Positions 51,778 through 63,738 of a stretch of 64,000 bases of DNA are shown one piece after another. A model generated the notes under the pieces. The model ran no database searches. It was not told where the DNA came from and worked only from the letters and a program-made list of their open reading frames with translations. This stretch comes from Bigelowiella natans CCMP2755. Lineage: Eukaryota > Protista > Cercozoa. The DNA lies in NCBI GenBank assembly GCA_000320545.1, contig ADNK01002961.1, positions 1 to 64,000 on the forward strand, read 5' to 3'. The first letter of the stretch is position 1, and every line of letters begins with the position of its first letter. Made by a program: the position numbers and the translations under genes.

Positions 51778-52321
51778 ATTCGAGGTAGAGGCCTTTCGAG
51801 TTGTGACAGCTCGGGCAAGATTTGATGGGAAGCGACCTCGCATTCTGCGAATCCGAAACCGGCGCCCAGCCTGGCTGCGGCGAAATTTGCTGCACGGGTG
51901 CGAATAGCCCGTTGTGGGAGATGGGTATCCCCCGATTTCCGGAGAGAATTCGAAAAATTTTCATGTCGCGCATAAAAAATAGCATTAAAATTGGAAATTT
52001 CTTCTTGTAATTGGAGTACTCTTATTTCCCTCCTCTCTGTGCTGCAGCGAGCGCGGCGTACTCGTGCCTTGCCTACGCGCAACGCAGGGCGTTTTTCGCT
52101 CTGGAGGGACGGAGGGGGGCCCGTCGGAGCGCTCGTTAGGGACTGGCGGAGATTGCTCGTTTCACAAAATGCCACAGAGTGCGACTGCGAAAGGAAGTGG
52201 TTCTGGAAAGTGAGGGGGATTTGCCCGAGCCGAGCTCCAAAAACGCTGCGTTTTCGAAAGCGCCTGAAATCGTCGAGAATGCCAATGAGCCATCGTCATC
52301 GAACTGGGAGGGCGCGTACTC

Positions 52322-53431
52322 ATGGCACGTAAAGCCTCGGAGAGCAGATGCGTGTGGCATTCTGGTGTTCTCACTGCAGTCATTGTAGCTGTTCTCGCCA
52401 TCACTGGGGGAGCCGTAGGGGAATCTTTAGCCAACGTGCCCGTTCCTCGAAAAGGAAAGCTAATCTCAATGCGAAAATATGCTATTGATGTTGACCGATT
52501 ACTCCTCTCGCGTGATCACTGGCCAGATGTTGATGAAAATGTGCACGTAGCAGCCTCGAAACTCGCAGCCACTTTCATCTCCTCCAAACTCGACGCAACC
52601 TTGGCGGCGTTCCTCGAGGCGTCAGCTGCTGCAACTGCTAGTAGGTGGGGGCAGGTCGTAGCATACGCCAAGCAGCATGCATTCTGGTCGTTGCAGCGAT
52701 ACCTCGGATGGAGTTGGACTGACGCATCTGCTTTCATGGAAATGGCGAAGCTTCATGTTGCGTCAGAGGAGCAATTGCGACGATTATTACTTGGACATGA
52801 GATCGCAGCCGGAAGTGTCGAAGCAAATCCCGTAAGGTTGCTAGACATTGGTGCTGGCGCAGGGTTAGTCACAGATTCCCTCGCAGCTTCGTTAAATATA
52901 ACCGATAGGACAAATGTCGTATGTGTTGAAAACTCAGGCGCTTTGAGGACAATTCTTAAAAAAAGAGGCTATAAAGTGGTTGCCCCTGACGAGTTTTATG
53001 GCGGCAGATTATCGTCGGAAAAGTTCGCTGCAGTTGCGCTTTTGAATCTCCTCGATCGTTGCGATGAGCCTGTTGCGCTCCTGAACAAAGCTCTAGGCAT
53101 GCTGGCACCAGGAGGGCTATTGTTCATAGCAACGGTGCTGCCATTCAATGCGATCGTTCATGAGGGGCAGTTAGGTTCGAAGTGGGGGAAGTCATCCTGG
53201 CGTCTGCCTCGCTCGCCGATTACTTTCAGAAGTATACTTATTAGATCGAAAAAAAGCGCATTTGAAATCAAATTAGCGATCTTCTTGGAGGCCATTCACC
53301 GGCACCACCCACATCTGGATTTAATGAGCTGGACTAGACTTCCATATGTATCGTCAGGGGATACCGTGAGAACACATTTTGCCCTTGACTCCGCGCTAAT
53401 GGTATTTCGCCAGCCGTACTCTGACTGGTGA
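52322..53431 (+). CDS. METTL9: DREV/METTL9-family protein-histidine N-methyltransferase with N-terminal hydrophobic segment
   Basis: MHV-like LHVASEEQL, RLLDIGAGAGLVT, LNLLDRCDEP, WTRLPYVSSGD....FALDSALMVF match the DREV family pattern. Confidence 0.85.
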   Translation: MARKASESRCVWHSGVLTAVIVAVLAITGGAVGESLANVPVPRKGKLISMRKYAIDVDRLLLSRDHWPDVDENVHVAASKLAATFISSKLDATLAAFLEASAAATASRWGQVVAYAKQHAFWSLQRYLGWSWTDASAFMEMAKLHVASEEQLRRLLLGHEIAAGSVEANPVRLLDIGAGAGLVTDSLAASLNITDRTNVVCVENSGALRTILKKRGYKVVAPDEFYGGRLSSEKFAAVALLNLLDRCDEPVALLNKALGMLAPGGLLFIATVLPFNAIVHEGQLGSKWGKSSWRLPRSPITFRSILIRSKKSAFEIKLAIFLEAIHRHHPHLDLMSWTRLPYVSSGDTVRTHFALDSALMVFRQPYSDW

Positions 53432-53660
53432 ATCTAAGAGACATTTTGATATTTCTTTTGTAAGCTTGCTGCGCCTGTCAGAAACTGCAGCAGCTGAAAC
53501 GATTAAATCTTTGACGCTCGTGCTGCATGCTCTAAAAACATGCGAAACTTTTATAACGGCAACTCCATCGATCTACTTAACGATTCATCACATAGATACG
53601 AACACAATGTTTTCGTCATTAGATCAATGGTTACAACACCATGCAATATCACAATGAGAG

Positions 53661-53995
53661 ACTAGCTAGCTAGCACACTTTCACGCAGCTCTAGAGCTTT
53701 GCTTGTAGAATGTAGGCTAGCTAGCTAGCTTTTATTGTGATGTAATGTCAATCTAGCAATGTCTGCTAGTCTAGTAGTCTAGCTAGAATTACAACAACAC
53801 TAGAAACACAGCGAAGTGCCAACAGCCACTAATTAGCTAGATGAAGCCGTGAAATGCACACCTAGCAAGTAAGTTCTAGAGCTTGCTAGACATCTGTTAT
53901 GCCTAGATGCAGAGCTAGTGAGCTAGTGGAGATGCTAGTGGTTTTCAGGTTTGTGCGCGCCAACATACGACTAAATGAATGTTCTCAATTCTAGA
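53661..53995. other. CTAG-dense intergenic tract
   Basis: About 22 CTAG in ~335 bp by manual count; roughly 1-2 expected by chance. Confidence 0.9.
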
Positions 53996-54386
53996 CTGCA
54001 ATTTTGCCCTACACCATTGATCGTGATGAATCGCTCAGCATTTGCATGCATGTAGCAACACATCAATGACGTGATAGCTAGGTTAGCTTTTGCAACAAAT
54101 GAGGCACAGCTTAGGCTTGCTATCGGGAGATAAAAAAAAAAACAAATTAAAAATCAACTAATTCAAATTGGTCTCGCATCCTCTTTGGAAGAGAGACATG
54201 TCAACATTGACATAGAGAGTTTTCTGTTCATTGTTCTTCTCATTTTAGTTGTGAGTTAACCCAAAACTCAGAATGGATACTAGATGTTGTCTTCGCTCTG
54301 ACGAAAAAAAAACAAGGTTTCAATTTTGAAATAATGTGCCATGACAATGTGTATCCAGCACGTCTAGATGTGAAGTACAAGCACGG

Positions 54387-57127
54387 TTAACAACTGTGTA
54401 CCAAAGCTTCATCCACAGTTGATCTACAACCATAACACATTCGAATGTGTCCTACTCTTGGGCGGCCTATTTGTAAATAGGTAACTTATGTGGACTCATA
54501 GGAAAGAACTTTTATGATATATCTGCATTAAGTAAATCGATTTTGTAACTCCTATATTTCATTCCACACCACTGATTGGCATGAGATCCGATCCGACTTT
54601 TAATGTGCAGTTGTTACAAAATATTCCTATATACATTTGTACTAATAGCAGAAATTACAACATAGAAGTTGATCAATTTGATACTTACGTCCACATATTC
54701 GACAGTGATGCCTCCGAAAGAATAGTGAGAACGTTCTTAGACAAATCTTAGGTATTCATCAAAGTTATTTTTAAAATATAATACCAGTGATCTAGATTAC
54801 ATGGCACTCAAGAACGTGATCATTCTTTTCCCAGTGCATCCTAGTCTGTGCAAGCTTTGTAAATAGCTTCCTCAGGTCTTCTAGCTGAAATTAAGTTCAT
54901 TGTAATTGATAACGATTATAGAACGGAAAATATATATTTGTCTAACCTGCAGTGACTTTTGCATTGGCGTGACTCTAATATCCAACTCGTTGCGATGCCC
55001 GATTTCTATTCTATTGATCAATCTTTTCTCACTGGACTTTTTCCTAAGAGCAAACAGCCAAAAACATATATAATAATGTGTACAGATAATTATGTTTTAC
55101 TTATTATCAAACCGTTCATCATCAAGGCTCCTAAGTTGCAGTTTGCTTGATTTGAGATTTGTAGGTGCAGAGACCACACTATGAATTTTTATATAGTTTT
55201 TTGCTTAAAATTAATTATATATTTATTCATTATGAACTATCATACTAAACCTGGTTGAATCCTGTCCTACTTTGCATACTTTTTGTTCTGATTCATTCAG
55301 AGTCGATCTCGGCATTGTCTTATTTTCCATATCGGGTGAGGCGGAAGTTCTTAACTATTTAATGTAGACTAATTAATACCTTGAAAAGACAACTTTAGCC
55401 ATATATAATTACATCGACGTTCAAAAGATTATGGATAATGAAGTTTTGTTTCTTTCATAGCGTATATTCTTTCTTTGCAAATACATATATGAATTTTGCA
55501 TACCGCCAGGTGTTGAAGATCCCTAACCTAAACATGAGAGTAAAATAAATGATTGTAAACAAGATATTAAAATAGTAGCTTAGAAAATCATAACCGTCAT
55601 TCTACTTCTTCGCGACATGCTCAATTCGCTGCAAGATAATTTCAAAGATCAGATTTTCCCTAAGATTTAAATATTAACTTACTGGGGAATAGGTTGGCTC
55701 TCCCGTGATCTTGACGGCGACTCTGGTCTTATACTATTATTTCTGCCCCCATTAGGTTAGGGAATGGATATTCTATACAGGCTTCGTTTAAACTAGGTTA
55801 CCTTTCATGACGAATGTAGTAATCCAGTGGAAGAATAACAGATTCGCTTACACTTTCTCTAACAGGCACCGTTCTGAATAGTTACACTTAAATGTAATAT
55901 GCAACTCTTATTAACTTATTGATGAAGTTATGTTTGTAGACTCTTAAAAATATGAAAAATGATATTGGGTTGATACTTATCGATGTGTTCAGGAATCACT
56001 GTCGGAATTTTTGCATGGGGAAGCTGTTTATGGCACAGATGACTTAGCTCTTTCTTAAATGAAATTCAAGTTTAAATGTATACCTGAGCATCGGATGACA
56101 CTCGCGCTGGTTCAACTGAAAACTTGCTATGCTCATAGTCTATAGTAACCAAAACATTAGCTTTCACATAAGGAAAATTATGGTTCATATGTGGCGCTCC
56201 ACCGTTTTCATAAGCATAATTTTCAGCATCATCGCTTTCACTACTCCTTGCCAATGAAACAGACTGTAACGGTAATACTGCATTAACCGAAAGAAATTTG
56301 AGTTTATGATGTATAATACCGTCTCCATTGTTTGAGCAGAAAAAAATCCATGCTTTTTCACCCTAATCACAACGCTGTTATGCATATGTTTTAACTGTAC
56401 AAAATCCTTACTTGAAGAGATCTTTAATATTTTTGCTTTTATGCTGATGATGCTTTGACTTGCTAGAACTACTAAATCTATTAAAGCTCGCCAGCATCTC
56501 AGCTCTTAGTGGAACCTCCCCACGTATCTTTTGTAATTCCTCCCTTTAATTAAAGTATTCAAAAGCAATTAAAACCCACATGGATAATACTGATAATCTA
56601 ATAATACTTATTTTACCAGAGGCGCGTAGCTTCATTAATAGCATTTTGAGCTATTCTTTTCATTTCCTTTCGTCATTGGTCCAGCATATTATAAAACTTC
56701 ATACAACAAGTTATAAGAGAGTTCTGAGTACCAGATAATCCGACTTTGCAACAAGCTCGGCATTAAGGGATCCCGATGCACTGCATGATCTTAACATCTT
56801 ACGATTTTTCCCTCGCATGCTTTAGAACATATAATTTAGCATCGGTAAAATCAAACTCATATGCCTCAGATAATCATTTTACCTGCACCGATGACAATAC
56901 ACATGACCACATGTTTTACAACATGTTCCTTCTCTGCCGTTTGTGATTGCCGTGTAGCAGGAAGAACAACGGTCAGGCGTACTCATTAATAGAGGCGGTA
57001 TTACTTTGGAAACTGTTAGAATACAATGGTGCATACCTCATGCGCATATCAAAACCTACAAGCAAATCTCTTCGTTACCATTCCGTTTTTCCTCTCTTGC
57101 CCCGTAGCGTAGACCGTTGGACTCCAT
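54387..57127 (-). CDS. FYVE zinc-finger protein (canonical C-terminal FYVE, degenerate N-terminal FYVE-like finger), many short introns
   Basis: Spliced C-terminus MHWEKNDHVLECH/ICLRTFSLFFRRHHCRICG/RIFCNNC../..RMCYGC, stop at 54387-54389; N-terminus CSSC..CCKTCGHVYCHRC. Middle exons not fully resolved. Confidence 0.8.
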
Positions 57128-57410
57128 ACGCGTGTTTTGTTCATCCAATTGTAGGTCGATTATGATGCGCGACACACAAAAAGCATACCAAATCAACTTG
57201 CTTTCGCTCCCGAAATCGACGCGAAAAAATAAAAAAGGGGAGGGCGACAAGGAATGCTGGGAAAAAACACGACGAACGTTTTGCTGTTGGAGTTCATCGG
57301 AATCGTGCCTCGAGAGTAAAGTAAAATCAGTGCGCAAACAGTTTCGCGACAGCGACAGAATGCACGTTTTGGGGATTAATCGCCTCCGTTCTTACATTCT
57401 CAATACAACA

Positions 57411-59128
57411 ATGGCGCTTATGCAGGTTTTTTTGTTTGTTGCATGGTGGAATGTCCTGTGGAGTATAGACAGGAATAGCTTAGGCATTGTGCTTTCGTAC
57501 TGTTTGTTGTAAGCGGATGCTGGGTTTCTGGATTAGATAATGTTTTTCCTTGAATAAAATGAGACCGTTAATGTCTATCTATAAGGCCAGGGCTGACTTC
57601 GCGTTCAAAGATGATGATGTAAAATTACCCTAATTCTTTATTGGAACAATATATTTAGATTAACTCTAAATTGTTAGGATCAAGATGGCATTCTCGAAAT
57701 GCAGATTGGAGACATCATCACAGTAATTTTACATTTTTTTGATTTTCTACTTTTCGACTTAACCCGCTTTCTACATATGTGCAGATTATCGAAGAGGGCG
57801 ATGAAGGAGGTTCATGATTTCTAACCCTTCAACTCCTTCGTGACAAGCAATAATGTGCGCTGTTCTGATAGGATGGTGGAGAGGAAAGTTAAATGGAGTA
57901 GAAGGTAAGCTTTCGTACAACTATACAATGCAATCTCAGTTATGTGTTATGTGTATATTAGGATTTTTCCCCATCACCTACTGCACCATTCTAAGGGGTA
58001 TTTAAAATAACAGTAGCATTAACCAAATTTGTGTTGGCATACTATGTTCTCAATATCCAAATAATCAAAAACTATATATCAGATGAGGAAGTGGTATCAC
58101 GCGAACGAGTTGAGGTACTGAATCGATTGGGCAGTTTAAAGTCAGTCACTTTAATCATTTCACATACTCATTGGTTATCGCCAGAGTACTTCTATAGCTG
58201 CTGTATCGATCGTATCTCCAAGAGATGCATCCGGATTGGGCTCTTTTGGTGAAAGCTCAAGAGGTATTTATTTTGTCGACTCTTTGTAGGTTGAACTCCA
58301 AACATAAACAAAAGATCCTACCATCCCAGACATTAAAAGTTCTCTGCTCGCCAAAGAAAGGTAGTTATGCATTTATATTATCAACTATATCTGAAAAACG
58401 TTTTCATTTTATAACCACAGGAAGGATGGGCCACCTCCTTTGCCTGCTTTCCATAAACATAAAATCTCGGTCGGTGAATAAATAAAAGGGATTCCATATT
58501 AAGTTGTGCCGTGAACAAAATATTATTCCGGCATCGTTGAGATATACTTACATTCAAGTCTTTTAATTACATATTCAATTTGCATTCATAAGGTCTTGAC
58601 TGATATGAGCTCGTTGATATCCCGCTCAAGAGCTAACTCAAGAAACTTGGAGATCAAAAAGTGATCATCTTGCAAATATATCAGTTCACATGTGATAGAT
58701 CACGCTTTTCCATATGATTTGTTATGATTCTCAGCAAGCCTGCAGTTTACAGTACAAGGAGGTAATCATTAACTTTTACTTCAATGAAAATGACCATTAG
58801 TCTATAAGAATTGATGATCATACTCCAGCGCATCCAATAGCCAAACACGCATGTATGGAGGAGGTCCGAAGACCAAAAAGTAACATCGTATTAATGAGTT
58901 GCAATAGAAACTACAAATGTTTAAGAGATACTTCACTAGGATGGGAATCTTAGGCCTCGATACAAGAGTCAAAGTTCCGACTCAATTCAACGTTTGGGGT
59001 TTGAAATATAAAATCACTGAATAAAACCTAAATTTCTGAATAAAGTGTAAGCCATGCTTTAAGGGTTACGTTTATCACATTAGCAAAAAATATGGCGATT
59101 ATCAGTTCACTATATTGCATTATTCTCG

Positions 59129-59167
<39 letters not shown>

Positions 59168-62100
59168 TATAACTGTACAATATCGTTAATAAGTACATGT
59201 TAATCTTATAGATTTTGTGCGCTAATATGGGGAGGTGTCGAAGAAAGGTTTGCCTGTTGGTTTTGCAATTAAGCACACCTGAAAACTCGTATTTCAATTG
59301 CAGATTTGGCCTTACTTATGGCATTGTGGGATCGTACACAATCATGCTTGGTTCTGCAATCAAATTATGATAATGATTTATGAGTCTTTCATTAGTTTGA
59401 TGCGATTTTTCTGGCAGGAGTATATATTTATCTTTTCGAGAAGGTACTGTTTACGACACGCAGCCCAAGGTAGCATCCACATAATTTCAGTTGAACAAGC
59501 GTAAAATATATTCTTCAGTGCTATACCTTACCGAGGGCTAATGTATTTTATCGTTGGATTTCCACTATTCATCGCTTATCCAACAATAATAGCTGGGGTA
59601 ATCTTTGAAACCATTTTTGTCTCAAAAAATATAATCGTTACACGTCTTAGGTTTGTGTATACATTACTGGATTTGTTCAATGTGTATCTGCATTCTATGA
59701 AGAATCGGTGCAAACTTAACATACACGGTAATTTTGTGTGAAGATAGTGAATAAATGCGTATGCTAGGTAAAGCCAAAGAAACGGAAGACAATGGCTAAA
59801 GCTGCTCCAGTAAAACCTACTGGCGACGCAACAGATTCTAAATCCCGTAAATATACAAATCTAACGGTTGTATTCGCTTATTTTGACTTTTTGTTTTTTG
59901 GCGGTAAGCTGTTACAGCTAGTAAGATGAAAATACTTGCCAGTAATGGAGGAGTGGATCTTGTGGAACAAGATAGTAGCACTTGGTGTGAGGTTCTATTC
60001 ACAAATTATGTTCTATATGTATTGAATTTAAAAGTTAAATTAACTTAAAGAGCTTGAAAGCATGGTTAATTTACTTGCAAAATACGAACAAACTTGGAAC
60101 TAAGGTTATTACGCTTTCATGCTGCATAAGAATGTTATCGAGTACGTGACTGGAAATACCACCATTTACTTCTTAGTTGTTTATTCTTACCTACATCATC
60201 GGGAATATCATAATCTTCATCTTTGCTGTAAGATAATTTAGATGCTTTTGGATTGTTCTGAGTGGTCGTTTTAATTTCGTCAGTTACAACTTTGGTTCAT
60301 GATCAATGACGAACTTGACGTAACAGAATCAAATAGAACCAAATCCTTTGTAAACAATACCTACATGTAATGTATGAAAAATAAACTAACACCAGGAAGA
60401 AGATAGGATTAGTGGGGCTGGACCTTTTGCAAAGGGGTACCTTTTTTGACGGTTCCAACCTACATTCGTTAAAATCTTGAATGGTAGGTTTGGATGGACA
60501 CTAGACTTCAACTGCGCGATGATTCTTGTAATCCGTTGAGAAATATAAATATATAAATGCGATGTTAGCTTGGAAATGATGGAACTTGTTTTTAACTTTA
60601 AGGTTCCAGTGTGCCGGAATCTCTTGTCCATTATTTACGATTTTTCCAACTCAGGGGTTGTCTGATTCAATAATACATATCACAAATGTGCTAAGCAATA
60701 TTTTCCAATAATTGTAGTATTGCCTCGGAAAATGCTTGGCTCCTATCGTAAACTTAAAACCTGCCAATGTTTTGAGCCTGTGGAAGTTCAATGTTATACT
60801 TCAGGTGACATTCATTCCTGTGGATAAAAACATTGCTTTCCATAAATTCATCGCTTATATTATGGCAGGGTAACTCATTAAGTTTATAAGTTCTATGCTG
60901 TTTAAGAATTGATATTGATTTATATTTTATTACCATGAATAGGTGTGCCGCTGGACATATGTTTTTCCATTTTGTAAGATCTGATGGTAAAATTTCGTTA
61001 AATGAAGCTAAGAGTTTCTTAAATTCAGATAAACTACATTTTGAGACCGGACCAGACAATAAGTCTTTTCGGGGTTGCATTTACAATTTCATATCTCATT
61101 AGGAATTTAAACATTATCTGACTTTACTTAAGATTGTACCATGGTATACCGGAGGACTTATTGTTGTGTGCATCTTTGTCATATTTTCTGGAGGGCAAAG
61201 TATGTGAATTGGCCAAAATTATTTTGGTTAAAAGGAATAAGATTTTAAATATGCTTAGGAAAGGTTCGGAGGAAACAGTTCGAAATATTTTGGTAAAATT
61301 GGTAAAGTTCTATTCGATCTCCCCTTAAATACAATAATACAGGTACACACACATATTTGTATTTCCTCTTTTCTTCATTCTACTTCTGATTCATGGAAAA
61401 GGAGGTATTCCAAATACATCTGCATCGAGGCAATTGCTGTGTAATTTGATGCATTATTTAAACTAGGATGGAATCCGAATTTCTGGAAGTGGTACGGTAT
61501 TCCAGTGAAACTCAGTTTACTTTGATTTACTTTGATGATAATATATAAGGTTCATAGTACCTGCTGTAATGTATGCAGCTGAGCGTATTGTAACTATTCG
61601 AAGAACACGGAAACCGGTTGTTCCTCCTTAATCAAGTTTTGTTGACAACTTGTTTTAATTTTTAGTCTAAGATTTATTTATCTAAAATATAGGTTACGTT
61701 ACTGTCAGTGACATCAATGAAGCCAAATGTATTTTCGTTGGAGATTGAAAAGGTGTATCTCTGGTTTAATACGTGTATTTCACTTATTCTAGTTTTATAT
61801 TTTAAGTCTGGTCCGTTCGAAATGAAAACAAATGGCCGGGAACCTTACTTTGAAGGTATCAGAGTTGTTAGTTGCGGCAATGAAATTATATTATTTTGGT
61901 CATTGCGAAGGTCAATACTGTTTTATCAATTGCCCGCATTTGTCCCAGTTCCAGTGGCATCCCTTCACGTAATCCTATTTCATGTGTGCACTGATTTGAT
62001 TCTGATGCAGATTGCTTTTCTTTTAGCATTTCATCTGCTCCCTCCGACAAAACTATTACATTCCATATTCGTAAATCGATTCCAGGGTAAAATTAACCAT

Positions 62101-63738
62101 GAGAATAATAAGTGAAATGATTATTTTACGTAATTAATTTTGCAGATCATGGACTGATGAGCTTCATGAGTATGTTGCAAACGGGATTGAATACTGACTT
62201 AACATTTAAAACAAGTAAATATATTTCACAGCTATCTTCTATCTCTTGGAAACTCTAAGAGCGGAAGAGTAACATTCTCAAGGAATAATGGAGCACAAAG
62301 GGTAATAATATTTCGGTTAGGTTTAGTCATTATCATGTGTTATCTTCTATTGGTTATGAAGGTTTCTGGCAAAATCATTGGTCCAGACGGATTGCCCCTG
62401 CTTAAAATTGATGGCCCGCATTCAGCCCCGACCCAGCACATATCGAAATATAAGAATGTCATGGTGATTGGAGCAGGTATTTTTTCTTTTTATCGGTTAA
62501 TGAATAGCATATATACTTAATTCGTTTATAGGTATAGGAGTCACTCCGGTTGCTTCCGCTTCCAAAAGTGTGGTGTGTAAGTTTGGACAACATTTTATTC
62601 TTGCGTCATTTAATTCAGAGTCTTAATCAGGTTTTCCATAAGTGGCGTACTGCAGTGGGAGAAGTATTCCCAAATAATGGTCGCTTCATTTTCAGTAATA
62701 TGCTTTCGCTACTTAAAGTTTTTTTTTAAATTATTCGTTAGGCTATTTCTACTGGGTTGTGAGCCACAGAGATGTGGATTCGTTCAGATGGTAGTATTCA
62801 TCTGAATGAAAAATGCCAGTTACTGAAATTCTTAAATGTGTATAGGTTAATTCGTTTGATAAAAGATTGTCAAGATGAAGTAGATTTCAATTATCAATGT
62901 GGTCTTCAAAAATACATGAATCAAATTAACGATAGGTCAGCCATCAGAGATCAAAGGCGGCTTCAGTTTATGTAAGCATTTTATTAAGAAAAGGTTTTTT
63001 GCTCATCGCCATTTGTTCTAATATCTTAGCAACACAAGTTCGAATTCCATATATTCGTAACCTCGGCAAAAAATCCAAAGCCAGTCAAGTTGCACATTGC
63101 CAAAGAGGATGTATGGATATATTCATATAAACTCTTAGGCAACAAATTAAGTATAATCTGCCTATAGGAATTATCTTTCTGGGGGGCTAGAACAGAGGAA
63201 GGGGGTATTGCAAAGGCTAAAGGACCCTTTGATGAGTCGACACTATATTCTGCTCTTAAGTGTCCTATTTTTGGAGAGGTGTCCAGATTCTTAGTATATA
63301 AAATTTCTGATTGACATGTAGACCGATGTAGGTGAAACAACTTGGTAATGTTTACGTCCACAATGGTCGGCCGAATTGGAGGGCTGAATTTGCTCGTGTA
63401 AAGGTATCATTTGAACTTATGTTCACTTTTAAGCTTCTTTAATATCCTTATATCGCTTCAGGCATACCATCCTGAAAGCACAGTTGGCGTGGCATTCTGC
63501 GGAAACGAGCACATTGCGAAAGATTTGAAGCGGTAGTGCTATCTATCAATTTTATTGAAATCAAATTATAAAGAGCGTTTAGTTGTTTTGAACTGTTCCA
63601 AAAGTATGTCAAACACCATGGCATCATTAGTTATAAAATATCCAGAAATAATTATCTTCCTTTCTTTGCAGACAATCGGCCGCTTTTAGTAATGTGGAAC
63701 AGAACAGCTTGTTTAGACTCCACCTTGAAAACTTCTAA
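57411..63738 (+). CDS. NADPH oxidase with fused N-terminal SH3 and p22phox-like domains; dozens of ~50-70 nt introns
   Basis: SH3 ARADFAF..LEMQIGDIITII..GGWWRGKLNGVEGFFPITYC; heme motifs FHKFIAYIMAGCAAGH and FEIFWYTH..LIHG; FAD motif QWHPFTISSAP; NADPH motifs DGPH, GAGIGVTP, YFYWV, GRPNW, FCG and terminal ENF*. Confidence 0.92.

Noticed and set aside
57013-57078. Two tiny 23-24 nt introns around a 19-nt micro-exon (nucleomorph-like)
   Set aside because: That path hits a stop, whereas a single 66-nt intron keeps the zinc-finger frame. The same applies to a 26-nt candidate near 58264.
966-59160. Near-uniform ~30-35 nt length of many (TA)n/(CA)n/(GA)n tracts, and the YIYI/THTH/ERER ORFs they create
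   Set aside because: Likely collapse of repeats to k-mer length during assembly; the ORFs are spurious.
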